Part shown: positions 27,079 through 37,119 of the stretch, piece after piece
Position numbering within the stretch: position 1 is the stretch's first letter
Layout: each line of letters starts with the position of its first letter
Source: Candidatus Doudnabacteria bacterium
Lineage (GTDB): Bacteria; Patescibacteriota; Doudnabacteria; UBA920
Length of the DNA stretch: 64,000 nt
NCBI GenBank assembly: GCA_016218585.1
Contig: JACRDK010000010.1
Coordinates: 68,974-132,973 of the forward strand
Reading direction: 5' to 3'
Made by a program: the position numbers and the translations under genes
Notes under the pieces: model-generated
What the model was told of the DNA's origin: nothing
The model's input: the letters and a program-made list of their open reading frames with translations, nothing else
Database searches by the model: none

Positions 27079-28443
27079 TTAATTAATTTTTTTAACAGTC
27101 CCTTTATTGGCATCTACTTCAATTATATCACCATCTTTAAAGACTTTGGTGGCGATTTTGGTGCCAATAATACAGGGCTTTTTCATCTCTCTGGCAACTA
27201 TTGCCGCGTGGCAGGTGATACCTCCAGAATCAGTTACAAAAGCACCGGCCAAGTTCATCAAAGGCATAAATTCCGGACGTGTCATTGAGGTAACTAATAT
27301 TTCTCCTTTTTTTATCCTTTGAGTTATGGGGTTGTGTATAATTTTTGCTTTGCCAATATATATGCCCGGGTTTGCTGGTAGTCCTTTTATTATACTGGGA
27401 TTTTTTTTATTCTGCGCTGTCAAAATTTTATTCCATTCCTTTTTTGTGATGTCTAAGTAACCGGTTGGCGTCATTATACCTATTCGATTTTTTAGCTTGC
27501 TATAGATTTTGGCCTTTTTGACTAGAGAGATATCTTTAGTCTTCCCTGCTTTAAAAACCTCATCCATGCTTAACCAGCGCATATCATGAAAATTCCAATT
27601 TTTCTTTTCGCACTCAAACCTAAGCCATTTATCCATTAGATCAATTGCAATAAGCTGCAATTTCTTTTTATCGTCCCTAAACGTAACGGCGGTTTTTGCG
27701 AGTTTAGCAAAGAGTTGATATTTTTTGGGAATTTTATCAAGCTTTATAATTTTTTTTATTGCCGATACTTCAAAAGATGTTTTTTTAATGTACGCATCAA
27801 GCCATTTAGGGCTAAGTTTGAAAACGCCAGCGTACGAATTTAGAAACCAGCCGAATTCCAAGTTAAAAGCCGGGTAGATTTTATTTAAATCTCCTTTGTA
27901 TTTTTTTTCTAGCTCAACAAGCTTGAATTGAGCTTGGCTCATAAAAGAAGGGGAGCCTTGGAAAATATAATTTTGAAGTAACTCAAAAAGTTTTGAATCC
28001 GTGAGTTGTATTTTTTTTAGTTCTTCGTCCAGTGCAAAGTCAAAATGAAAATAAATATTAGCGATTTCCGAGTATGATTTTTGAATTTTCGGCCAAAGTT
28101 TAATAAATTGGTCAATATCCGAAGTCGATTGGGCCTTTAGACAAGCTGTTGTTGCCCAATTTATTTCTTTGTAAATTTTATTTATTATATTTGAATATTC
28201 TTTTTTACCAGATTTAGTATCAGTAATAATTTTGTTTCCAACAACACTCATTTTTTTGGTTGGCAGAAATGCTATTAAAAATCCATTTTCAAAATTACAA
28301 AGAAATTTATCCCAAACTACATGGTAGGGCCGTGTTTGTTTCTTTGCAGCCAAGTTGTATAAGGAGGAAAAAAAAGGGTAAGCAAGATATTCCCAGCGAA
28401 TACTTGTTTCCCAATTTTTAGGATTTGTTAGTGAATTATTCAT
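27079..28443 (-). CDS. PEP-utilising-enzyme mobile domain protein, paralog D
   Basis: C-terminus GEILVTSMTRPEFMP...GGITCHAAIVAREMKKPCIIGTKIATKVFKDGD. Confidence 0.75.
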   Translation of the reverse strand: MNNSLTNPKNWETSIRWEYLAYPFFSSLYNLAAKKQTRPYHVVWDKFLCNFENGFLIAFLPTKKMSVVGNKIITDTKSGKKEYSNIINKIYKEINWATTACLKAQSTSDIDQFIKLWPKIQKSYSEIANIYFHFDFALDEELKKIQLTDSKLFELLQNYIFQGSPSFMSQAQFKLVELEKKYKGDLNKIYPAFNLEFGWFLNSYAGVFKLSPKWLDAYIKKTSFEVSAIKKIIKLDKIPKKYQLFAKLAKTAVTFRDDKKKLQLIAIDLMDKWLRFECEKKNWNFHDMRWLSMDEVFKAGKTKDISLVKKAKIYSKLKNRIGIMTPTGYLDITKKEWNKILTAQNKKNPSIIKGLPANPGIYIGKAKIIHNPITQRIKKGEILVTSMTRPEFMPLMNLAGAFVTDSGGITCHAAIVAREMKKPCIIGTKIATKVFKDGDIIEVDANKGTVKKIN

Positions 28444-29897
28444 ATCTTTCTAACAATACCTTTATTTGCGTCTACTTCCACCATATCCCCATCTTTAAAA
28501 ACTTTGGTGGCGATTTTGGTATTAACAATGCAGGGAATGCCGAGTTCCCTGGAAACTACGGCCGCATGAGACATTAATCCACCAACATCTGTAATAATTG
28601 CAGCGGCTTTGCGCATTGCGTGAATGTAGTCAGGCGAGGTCATAGCTGTGATTAAAATTTCTCCAGCTTTCATTTTATTGCTTTCAAGAGCTGAATGCAA
28701 AACTCTGGCCCTGCCTTTTACTATATCAGCCTTGCGGCTAACCACTGTGCCATTTAAGTTTGCAGTGTTTGATTTTGAATAAAGTTCAGAAAAATATTTT
28801 GCCAGTCTCGTTGCTTTTTTTCCGGTATAAAAAGTATAGAAACCTAACTTTGAATAAAAAACATAAAACTTTTTTCTTTGAGCGATAGTTTTTTCTGCAA
28901 CTTTTTTGTCAGTGTCAAATGCCTTCGCCCATTCATCTGCTGAATAATGCAGAATATCTGGCAAAGGGACTTCTAGTCTGTTTGCTAAATGCTTGCTAAG
29001 TATGGTGATTACGCTGGAAGACCGCCAGGCCATACCTTTCCTGTGGTCCTGCAGCCAGATTGATGACGAAAGCGCATGGGCAAGTTTTCGAGTTTGAGAG
29101 GGGATTTTATATTCTTTACTAATCTTCGATTTTTGTTTTTTTATTTTTGATGGGTAGGAAACAATTTCTTTATATTCGTCTTTAATTTTTTTAAGTGAAA
29201 GTTTTCTTATTCTGTTATAAAAGTATTTCTTATTTAGATCTTTTGAACCAAAATAGCTGTTGTTTAGCCAAAACCATTTTTTGGCATAATCTTCTAATAG
29301 CTTATCTAGATGAGCAGATGTCTTAGCTTTTAATTTGCATTCCAAAAGTTCTTTTTGGCTGAGTTGGTTGAAGCTTAATTTTTCCGGCGCTAATAAAATT
29401 TCAAGCAGGGTCTCAACTTTGTCAGCAGGAACCAGCTTGGCTAATGCGCTTTTTAATAACACGGGCGCTCCGTAATTAGCAACCTCAAAAACATCAGTTA
29501 AGCACCAGAATTGATAATATAGTCTATGCCACTCTAAGGCCAAGTTTTTTATTTCATTATTTTTTGAGGCAGAAAAAGAAACTGCGTTAATTTTTTTTAC
29601 TATCCCATTTAATTGTTTTACGTAGGAATAATAAATTTTTTCTATTTTTTTTCTTTTTTCTCCAGGTAAAACCCATTTTTTTATGGAGGCGATGCCATTT
29701 TTTTCAAGGCCGGCCTTTCTCCAATAAAAAGTACCCTTGTCATTTTTAATAATGCCAACCATGCTTTCCCAATAAATACCCCAAGGGCTTTTTATTGTTC
29801 CCGACATTGGGGCAAACCAAAAAGAGGGGTAAATTAGTTTCATATCTATTGGCCCCCATTGTTCAACTTCGTCTTTTGTCGGAAGAATGATTCTCAT
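28440..29897 (-). CDS. PEP-utilising-enzyme mobile domain protein, paralog E
   Basis: C-terminus GEILITAMTSPDY...GGLMSHAAVVSRELGIPCIVNTKIATKVFKDGD. Confidence 0.75.
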   Translation of the reverse strand: MRIILPTKDEVEQWGPIDMKLIYPSFWFAPMSGTIKSPWGIYWESMVGIIKNDKGTFYWRKAGLEKNGIASIKKWVLPGEKRKKIEKIYYSYVKQLNGIVKKINAVSFSASKNNEIKNLALEWHRLYYQFWCLTDVFEVANYGAPVLLKSALAKLVPADKVETLLEILLAPEKLSFNQLSQKELLECKLKAKTSAHLDKLLEDYAKKWFWLNNSYFGSKDLNKKYFYNRIRKLSLKKIKDEYKEIVSYPSKIKKQKSKISKEYKIPSQTRKLAHALSSSIWLQDHRKGMAWRSSSVITILSKHLANRLEVPLPDILHYSADEWAKAFDTDKKVAEKTIAQRKKFYVFYSKLGFYTFYTGKKATRLAKYFSELYSKSNTANLNGTVVSRKADIVKGRARVLHSALESNKMKAGEILITAMTSPDYIHAMRKAAAIITDVGGLMSHAAVVSRELGIPCIVNTKIATKVFKDGDMVEVDANKGIVRKI

Positions 29898-31309
29898 ATT
29901 TTCCTAACGATTCCTTTATTTGCGTCTACTTCCACCATGTCGCCATCTTTTAATACTCGGGTAGCGATTTTGGTGCCAATAATGCACGGCTTATTCATTT
30001 CTCGGGATACAATGCCTGCGTGTGAAGTTACTCCGCCTTCGTCTGTAACAAAACCAGCTGCCTTTTGCATTGCTGGTAAAAACTCAGGCCTTGTCATCGA
30101 GGTTACAAGTATCTCGCCTTTTTTTACTTTTGCAATATCATGATAGCTGGCACATATTTTCACCCGGCCTTTTACAAATCCTTTACAGGCAACCATCCCT
30201 TTTAGTTCCATCAGTCTTTGGTTATTTGGTTTGTTAAGACACTTTTCAATATATGCCGAGTCTTTTTCTGTAAATATAAAGATTTTATTTTTTATAGCGT
30301 AGCTATCGCTTTTAGGGTAACGATTTAGTAGTAGTTTAACAAACTTGGGGCTTGTAAGATTTGGGTATGTTAGCTCCCGTGAGTGAATAAATTTAAAATT
30401 TTCTGTAGGGATATTTACTCTTAAGGCCAACTCTTCTACGACAGGTTCCAGCCAGCTCAGTGTTTCCAATAAGTATTTTTTTCTGTCATCTTGCCAGCTT
30501 GTACATACTTCAACTGTATTTATTACAAATTTTTCTTTTTCTGACAGCCCCAATTCTTTTATTAGCCTAGCTTTACTGCTTTTATTATTTTTTAATTTTT
30601 CAAATGTTGGTAAATATTTTTGTGCTTTAGATTTTTTTACGACATCCTCGTGAGACAAAACTATTGCTTTGACATAACTATTATCTATCCATCCAAATTT
30701 TTTCAAAAATCTTTTTACTAGAATTTTTTGTTTTTCTTTTTTTGCATTTTTTATTTGCCAAAGCATCATCTGTGCCTGGGAAAGGAAGGAGGGCTTAATT
30801 GCTGCGGAAAGAATTTGAAAATTTTCATGGTTGTTTAAACCACGCTTGTCTAGCATCTCTTTAATTTTAAGTTCGCTTACAAATGATATGCCCTCAATAC
30901 AATGAGCGGTTCCCACAGCCATCGATAGTTCCTTGGTAGTTTTTTGGGCCACTCTTACCAGTTCTTTTAATGAAAGTGTTTGCAGATGTTTCGGGTTTTT
31001 TTTGGCCAGCCTTTTCGCTTTTAAATAATCTTGTTTGTGCAAACGTATAAAATATTTTAGCTGTTTTACAGTTTTGTTTTTTTTGTAGTAGCCAAAGCCT
31101 ATGGATGCCAAGTCAGCCTCGTCGTAATAGTATTTTGCTCTCGTCCCATCCATGCGTAAAAAGAAATGAGAGTAGTTAACTCCTGTTATTGGTTTTATCA
31201 TCCAGCCGGTGTTGCTTGCAACAGTATGAAGATATAGAGGTAAACCATTAAAACCCTGAACCATCCACGCCTTATTTTTTAGTATTTCTACAAGCCTCTC
31301 TTTGGTCAT
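29894..31309 (-). CDS. PEP-utilising-enzyme mobile domain protein, paralog F
   Basis: C-terminus GEILVTSMTRPEFLP...GGVTSHAGIVSREMNKPCIIGTKIATRVLKDGD. Confidence 0.75.
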   Translation of the reverse strand: MTKERLVEILKNKAWMVQGFNGLPLYLHTVASNTGWMIKPITGVNYSHFFLRMDGTRAKYYYDEADLASIGFGYYKKNKTVKQLKYFIRLHKQDYLKAKRLAKKNPKHLQTLSLKELVRVAQKTTKELSMAVGTAHCIEGISFVSELKIKEMLDKRGLNNHENFQILSAAIKPSFLSQAQMMLWQIKNAKKEKQKILVKRFLKKFGWIDNSYVKAIVLSHEDVVKKSKAQKYLPTFEKLKNNKSSKARLIKELGLSEKEKFVINTVEVCTSWQDDRKKYLLETLSWLEPVVEELALRVNIPTENFKFIHSRELTYPNLTSPKFVKLLLNRYPKSDSYAIKNKIFIFTEKDSAYIEKCLNKPNNQRLMELKGMVACKGFVKGRVKICASYHDIAKVKKGEILVTSMTRPEFLPAMQKAAGFVTDEGGVTSHAGIVSREMNKPCIIGTKIATRVLKDGDMVEVDANKGIVRKI

Positions 31310-31325
31310 ATTTGTGGAGTAAATC

Positions 31326-32087
31326 TTAAGCTTTGATTTTGGCTGTATTTAAAAATTTTCCATCTGTATTAAATTGGTAAATTTGGCAAAATTCAGGTTC
31401 GTCACCGAGCTTGGCGTCTTCGTTCATATTTTCTCTTTGGAAATATCCAAGAGTGCCGCTGTGTCCGATACCTAAAAAAGTTATGCTACTATTTTCGCTT
31501 GTAATATTGTTAAAAATATTTTTTATTAGTTTTTGGTGTCTTTCAATAGCTTCGGTTGGGTGAATTTTATCATCAACTTCAGGTTTGCTATTATACATAT
31601 CATTCATCCAGCGAACAAGGGCCTCATTTTCAGAAATGCCTTCATTTTTCATCATGTCAGCATAAGGGGCCCACGTGGCTTCGTCAGCATCCGATAAAAG
31701 TTTTCTTAAATTTAAATCCTCAATTCTTATAATATCAACATCCTTGCCGTTTTTGTTAGAAGTTTTTTTATTTTTATTTGAAAGTTGGTCGATGCGGGCG
31801 CACACTAAGTCATTTGTCAGTTTGGCTCGGTCTTTGGCGCTATCTATGCTAATTACAATATTTCTTCCTTGGGGTAAACTTTCAAAAACCTTATCCCCAA
31901 GTCTCAGGCTTCTTATTAGGCCTTCCATTTTTAAAGTAGTTTCCGTTTTTTCAGGCAATTCTTCGCTTAGTACACCTAAGACTAAATTTGCCTCATCTTC
32001 CGGAAGATTTTGTTTTAATTCGTCTTTATTTATTTGCCACGTTCCTTTGTCTGCATGACGAGTTATAAAAGCTTTATTTTCTTGCAT
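31326..32087 (-). CDS. Histidine-phosphatase-like protein (RHA variant of RHG)
   Basis: N-terminal ITRHADKGTW and C-terminal FLGIGHSGTLGY are arranged like histidine phosphatase branch-1 catalytic His motifs. Confidence 0.4.
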   Translation of the reverse strand: MQENKAFITRHADKGTWQINKDELKQNLPEDEANLVLGVLSEELPEKTETTLKMEGLIRSLRLGDKVFESLPQGRNIVISIDSAKDRAKLTNDLVCARIDQLSNKNKKTSNKNGKDVDIIRIEDLNLRKLLSDADEATWAPYADMMKNEGISENEALVRWMNDMYNSKPEVDDKIHPTEAIERHQKLIKNIFNNITSENSSITFLGIGHSGTLGYFQRENMNEDAKLGDEPEFCQIYQFNTDGKFLNTAKIKA

Positions 32088-32174
32088 ATTTTTATGATTA
32101 GAATTAGTTATTTTTATTCTACATTAAACATAAAAATCAGCCAAGTTGTCAATTTTGGATGTGCCAAATTAAAA

Positions 32175-32206
32175 CAAAAAACACCATCTAAAATGATGGT
32201 GTTTTT
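32175..32206 (-). terminator. Rho-independent terminator immediately downstream of tRNA-Ser(GCT)
   Basis: Stem acaccatc/gatggtgt with flanking A-run and T-run. Confidence 0.6.
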
Positions 32207-32298
32207 TGGCGGAGAGGGAGGGATTCGAACCCTCGAAAGGATTTGACTCCTTTACCGGTTTAGCAAACCAGCGCACTAGGCCTCTATGCGACCTCTCC
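32207..32298 (-). tRNA. tRNA-Ser (anticodon GCT), class II
   Basis: ggagagg...ctggt ttgctaa accgg taaaggagtcaaatccttt cgagg gttcgaatcc ...ctctcc g cca. Confidence 0.8.
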
Positions 32299-32359
32299 AT
32301 ATTTATTATATTTTGTCGTGATTTGGAAGGTAATAAACCCTCGTCCGCCTGAGGCGAAT

Positions 32360-32415
32360 GACTCCTTTACCGGTTTAGCAAACCAAGGCTACTTAGGCCT
32401 CCATGAGACCTCTCC
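32360..32415 (-). pseudogene. Truncated duplicate of tRNA-Ser(GCT): acceptor-5', D-arm, anticodon arm and variable arm, with no T-arm
   Basis: Anticodon/variable-arm segment near-identical to the Ser(GCT) gene, acceptor/D-arm diverged. The T-arm is replaced by the hairpin cgcctgaggcg. Confidence 0.5.
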
Positions 32416-32574
32416 ATATTTATAACCTTGAAACTAAAACCTCTCTGTCGCTCAAAAGCATTCGCGACATCTCCCCTCACCAGGGGAGAAGGGAGCATCT
32501 AATAAAAATGCGCCAGGCACTGAAGCTGAACAACGGCATTGATATAGATTACGAAGTTTATTTTATCATATTGT

Positions 32575-33333
32575 TTAATCTCTGGCAACGGTCAGGCAAA
32601 TGACTTTGGCGGCGCCTGCCCTTTTAAGGATTTTAGCTGCTTCCTGCAAGGTAGCGCCAGTGGTTGTGACATCGTCGACCAATAGGCATATATGATTTAA
32701 GATAGAAGATTTATGATTTTCAGGAACTTCAAAAGCATCGCGGACGTTTTTAAGGCGGGCTTCGCGTTTCAGGTCTTTTTGGGTTTTAGTGTGCTTTTTT
32801 CTAATTAGCGCGTCAATAACCGGCAGGTTCGTTTCTTTCGCAATTGCCTCGCAGAGAATTTTTGACTGATTAAAACCCCTCCAGCGCAGGCGCCATTTAT
32901 TTAAGGGGGTGGGGACGAGGATGGGATTTAAGATATATGATTTAAGATTTAAGAATTGGGAATCAGACGTAAGCTTGTTTGCCAGCATGCCGCCGAGGAT
33001 TTGGTAGGCCTCAGGCAAAAAAGAATATTTTCCTTTAATTAAAATTTTTGCCAGGTTAGCATCGTGATAATCATAAAAACTAATTAGCGCGTCCGCTCCG
33101 TAAGGGGTTTGGCAGCTTAAGTGGGTGAGTCCGAAGGGGGAGGGTTTTTGGCACATAATACAGCGCTGGTGTTCGAGCGGTTTTAGCCGGACTTTGCAAT
33201 CCAGGCAAATAAACGAGCCTTCTTGTTCGCAGCAGAGGCAGGAAATGGGGAAAAGAGTGTCTAAAACAAACGCTTTAATATCTGCAAATAGCGGGCGAAA
33301 GAAATTAGAATAAAGCATATAGAATTTAGGCAA
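32575..33333 (-). CDS. comF: ComF-family protein (double zinc ribbon plus phosphoribosyltransferase domain)
   Basis: CxxC pairs in the N-terminus, and the PRTase motif ICLLVDDVTTTGATL. Confidence 0.75.
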   Translation of the reverse strand: MPKFYMLYSNFFRPLFADIKAFVLDTLFPISCLCCEQEGSFICLDCKVRLKPLEHQRCIMCQKPSPFGLTHLSCQTPYGADALISFYDYHDANLAKILIKGKYSFLPEAYQILGGMLANKLTSDSQFLNLKSYILNPILVPTPLNKWRLRWRGFNQSKILCEAIAKETNLPVIDALIRKKHTKTQKDLKREARLKNVRDAFEVPENHKSSILNHICLLVDDVTTTGATLQEAAKILKRAGAAKVICLTVARD

Positions 33334-33367
33334 ACAAAAAGCCCCGCAATTTTAAGGGGCTTTTTGT

Positions 33368-35923
33368 TTAGGCTGGGACTGCAACTTTTTCCATTTTTTG
33401 GAGGGAAAAAATTACCTTCTCATTTTTTAATTCCGCGGAGATTTTTGCTCCGTTAATTGCTCTGCCGGCAATTATTTTTTCCGCCAGCGGATCTTCTATT
33501 AACGTTTGAATATTTTTGCGGACAAAGCGCGCGCCTTGCGCCGGGTCAAAACTTTTCTCGGCCACAAACTTAATTACCGCCGGAGAAATTTTCAGTTGCA
33601 GATTTTGCTCGAGCAGCCTGGCTTGGAGAATAGAAATTTGCAGTTGGGAAATTTTCTTTAATTCTTCAAAGCCCAGAGGCTTAAAGACAATAATTTTGTC
33701 TATGCGGTTTAAGAACTCGGGGCGGAATTCTTTTTTCAAATTATCCAACACCCCGGTTTTAATGTTCTCGTATTCTTTTTCCAGGCGGTCTTTCTGATTC
33801 TTTGATTCATCGCTCTTATCCGCAAAACCAATTTTTGCTGCCTGCTGGTTTAATTCCTGCATGCCCAGGTTGGAAGTCATAATAATTACCGTATTGCGGA
33901 AAGAAACTTTTTTTCCCTCGGCATCGGTAAGCTGTCCGTCTTCCAAAATTTGCAGGAAGATGTTAAAGACTTCCGGATTGGCTTTTTCTATTTCATCGAA
34001 CAAGACAACCGCGTACGGTTTGCGCCTTACGGCTTCGGTTAGCCTGCCGCCTTCGCCATAGCCGACATAGCCGGCCGGGGCGCCAATGAGGCGGGAGACA
34101 TTGTGGCGTTCCATAAATTCTGACATATCCACGCGGATGAGTGCATCCTCGTCTTCAAATATTTCGGAGGCTAAAGCCTTGGCGGTTTCGGTTTTGCCGA
34201 CTCCGGTCGGCCCAAGGAAAATAAAGCTTCCCAAAGGGCGCTTAGGGTCGGAAAGTCCGGCCCGGCTTCTGCGGACGGCTTTGGAAATTTCTTCCACGGC
34301 TTCATCCTGCCCGACAATTTTAGCCTTTAAAACTTTTTCCAAGGAGGAAAGTTTGCCTATTTCCGTCTTCGCCAACTTATTAAGCGGAATTTTAGTCATC
34401 ATTGAAACAGTGTGGGCAATGTCTTCCGCGGTTATGGTATGGGTGGGGACTTTTTCTTCCGCAGCCAGGCTTTTAGAGAGTTGTTCTTTTTGTTTGAATA
34501 ACTTTTCTTCCTGGGTGCGCAAATGCAAAGCGGTGGTAAAATCCTGGGCCAATACTGCCTTGGTTTTTTCTTCTTCCAAAGCCGCCAGGTCGCTTTCTAT
34601 TTTTTTTGTAGCTCTGAGCAATTTGCTGTTTGAATTAATGGAGCGCAAGAAAGCAGCTGTTTCATCTATTAAATCCACGGCTTTGTCCGGCAAATAGCGG
34701 TCTTGAATGTAGCGGGAAGAAAGTTCAACCGCGGATTTTATGGCTTCGTCGGTAATGGTAACATTATGATGTTTTTCGTAAGACGGTTTTAGTCCCTGTA
34801 AAATCTCCACGGTTTCTAAGGCGCTTGGCTCTTCCACCAGAATCGGCTGGAAGCGGCGCTCTAAGGCCGCGTCTTTTTCTATGTGCTGTTTGTATTCGGT
34901 TAAAGTAGTTGCGCCAATTGCCCTAAGCTCGCCGCGCGCAAGAGCCGGCTTTAAAATGTTGGCCGCGTCTAAACTGCCGGTGGTCGCGCCTGCGCCAACC
35001 ATAGTATGTAGCTCGTCTATAAATAGAATAACGTCTTTGTCGTTTTTAACTTCGTCAATAATTTGCTTTAAACGATTTTCAAATTCTCCGCGGAACATGC
35101 TGCCGGCAACAATTAACGCCAAATCTAAGGACAGAATTTTTTTGTCCAAGAGGGAATCGGGGACTTCCCGTTTAGTTATAGCTAAAGCCAAACCCTCTAC
35201 AATGGCGGTTTTGCCAACGCCGGCTTCGCCAATTAGGATTGGATTGTTTTTTGTGCGGCGGTTAAGAATGGAAATCATTCTTTCGATTTCATGGCGGCGG
35301 CCAATTACCGGATCAATTAAACCTTGCCCGGCTTTTTTTGTTAAGTCGGTAGTAAAGTATTCAAGCAGGTTTCCTTTTTTTGGATCCATCATTTTTGGCT
35401 GAGGGCCGGCTGGGCCTTCAAACGGAGGCTGCTGCATATTCTCGGCGCCGGAAGGCATTTCCGGAAATTTAGAAATATTTTCAAAGACGTTAACTAAATT
35501 CTGCTCCAGCTCGGAAATATCTATTCCCAGCTTAGACAAAATTACTTTAGCCTTGTTGTGGGGGACATTAAGCAATCCATACAAAAAATGTTCGGTGCCA
35601 ATAAACTGGTAGCCATACTGGCTGGCAATAATTGCCGCTTTTTCTATTACAGATTTTAAATTTTCACTCAAAACCGGTTTCCAGGAAGCAACCGAATTGT
35701 TGCTGTTTACAAAAATCAGCTCCTGTTTTACAACTTCCGGAGTGAGTTTGGTTTTTGTTAAAATTTCCGCGGCAAAAGAACTTTTTTCGGAAACGACTCC
35801 GTACAAAAGATGCTCAGTGCCAATATGGTCGTGTTTTAATTCCTCGCTAACCAACTGCGCCATAATAAGCGCGTTCTTAGCGCGGGAGGAAAGACGTTCT
35901 AAAATGTAGGTGAAATTAGTCAT
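33368..35923 (-). CDS. clpC: ATP-dependent Clp protease ATP-binding subunit ClpC/ClpB-family AAA+ chaperone
   Basis: Clp_N repeats, and two AAA+ modules (GEAGVGKTAIVEGLA and GPTGVGKTETAKALA) joined by a short M-domain. Confidence 0.9.
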   Translation of the reverse strand: MTNFTYILERLSSRAKNALIMAQLVSEELKHDHIGTEHLLYGVVSEKSSFAAEILTKTKLTPEVVKQELIFVNSNNSVASWKPVLSENLKSVIEKAAIIASQYGYQFIGTEHFLYGLLNVPHNKAKVILSKLGIDISELEQNLVNVFENISKFPEMPSGAENMQQPPFEGPAGPQPKMMDPKKGNLLEYFTTDLTKKAGQGLIDPVIGRRHEIERMISILNRRTKNNPILIGEAGVGKTAIVEGLALAITKREVPDSLLDKKILSLDLALIVAGSMFRGEFENRLKQIIDEVKNDKDVILFIDELHTMVGAGATTGSLDAANILKPALARGELRAIGATTLTEYKQHIEKDAALERRFQPILVEEPSALETVEILQGLKPSYEKHHNVTITDEAIKSAVELSSRYIQDRYLPDKAVDLIDETAAFLRSINSNSKLLRATKKIESDLAALEEEKTKAVLAQDFTTALHLRTQEEKLFKQKEQLSKSLAAEEKVPTHTITAEDIAHTVSMMTKIPLNKLAKTEIGKLSSLEKVLKAKIVGQDEAVEEISKAVRRSRAGLSDPKRPLGSFIFLGPTGVGKTETAKALASEIFEDEDALIRVDMSEFMERHNVSRLIGAPAGYVGYGEGGRLTEAVRRKPYAVVLFDEIEKANPEVFNIFLQILEDGQLTDAEGKKVSFRNTVIIMTSNLGMQELNQQAAKIGFADKSDESKNQKDRLEKEYENIKTGVLDNLKKEFRPEFLNRIDKIIVFKPLGFEELKKISQLQISILQARLLEQNLQLKISPAVIKFVAEKSFDPAQGARFVRKNIQTLIEDPLAEKIIAGRAINGAKISAELKNEKVIFSLQKMEKVAVPA

Positions 35924-36056
35924 AGAATCGCAGATACACGGATTAATTACAGATTACGCTGATAAATATGATACACTTAAATTATCTCATATAAGGTGAT
36001 TATAACAAAATTATCACTCTAGTCAATAGTTTGATAATAGAATTTTAAAAGTTTTT

Positions 36057-36560
36057 ATGTTTAAGCCAAAAATAAAAGCCCGACAGCCGGAAAGTTTTGA
36101 AAAGGCTTATGATTACGCGATGTATTTATTGAATCTGCAGCTTAGAACTTCGGGAGAGTTGGAGAGTAAAATGAAAGATAAAGGTTATCAGCAGGAAACT
36201 ATCCACAAAGTTTTGGTTGAATTAGCCGCCAATAAATATATAGACGACCAGCGCTACGCTGAAGTTTATTTGGAAAATTTAAAAAAATATAAAACTTTCG
36301 GCTTTTACGGAATTAAGAAAAAGCTGATGGAAAAAAGGCTGTCTAATTCTTTAATTGAAAAAGTTTTGGGCGGAGGTTTGGGCGTTGAAGAAGAAATGAA
36401 GATTGCAAAGAAATTTGCCTTGAAGCAAAAATCAAGAATTAAGAGTCAAGAAGCAGGCCGTACGCATCAAGAAATAAATATTGAGAAACAAAAGCTCGCC
36501 CAAAAACTTCGGGCGAGGGGGTTTAGGTCTGAAATAATTATGAAAGTTTGTGCTTATTAG
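36057..36560 (+). CDS. recX: RecX-family regulatory protein
   Basis: Three-helix repeat pattern: AYDYAMYLLNLQLRTSGELESKMKDKGY...YIDDQRYAEVYL. Confidence 0.6.
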   Translation: MFKPKIKARQPESFEKAYDYAMYLLNLQLRTSGELESKMKDKGYQQETIHKVLVELAANKYIDDQRYAEVYLENLKKYKTFGFYGIKKKLMEKRLSNSLIEKVLGGGLGVEEEMKIAKKFALKQKSRIKSQEAGRTHQEINIEKQKLAQKLRARGFRSEIIMKVCAY

Positions 36561-37110
36561 CATCCCAATAAGCGTATAAAGTTTTGGTTAATTCCGAAAA
36601 ATTTTTTTCTTTGAAAGCAGTTATTATTTCCTTTTCTGATGGCAGTTCATTGTTTTGAATTTTTTCTCTTAATAGTGCAGTAACATCGCGACGGCTTTGT
36701 CCCTGAGCAAGCCACATAAAAACCAGCTTCTCAGTTTCCAGTTTAATTTCTCCATTTGTTTGCTGTGTCTCTTCTTTAGGAGTTTTATTTGGGCTTTCTT
36801 CTCCGCCGGATCGTTTTTCAGTTTTTTGATTAGTTTGTATTGCTTTTGCAATGTTCAGCAGGTTTGCGTCTAAGAAGTGGACGTTCAAAAATTTTGCTAG
36901 GGCATTTGGAGAAAGAAGACCCTCTGCATTTCCTAATAAGTTATTTGTATCCGACCAAAGATTTTCCAGTTTGTATGACCCAGAAATAATTGCTTCTATG
37001 TTTTGGTGGATTAGCTGGCTAATAGTAGTCCTTCTTTTTTTAGAGATAATTTTTCGTTCCCAATCATCTCTAGCCATAAATTCTCCCACCTTATACTTGC
37101 CTTCAGTCAT
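36538..37110 (-). CDS. Hypothetical protein
   Basis: 190-aa ORF converging on recX. No recognisable motif. Confidence 0.35.
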   Translation of the reverse strand: MTEGKYKVGEFMARDDWERKIISKKRRTTISQLIHQNIEAIISGSYKLENLWSDTNNLLGNAEGLLSPNALAKFLNVHFLDANLLNIAKAIQTNQKTEKRSGGEESPNKTPKEETQQTNGEIKLETEKLVFMWLAQGQSRRDVTALLREKIQNNELPSEKEIITAFKEKNFSELTKTLYAYWDANKHKLS

Positions 37111-37119
37111 ATTTTTTCT

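Noticed and set aside
32403-32603. 66-aa ORF starting inside the truncated tRNA-Ser copy.
   Set aside because: Overlaps the tRNA pseudogene and the comF 3' region on the opposite strand. No support.
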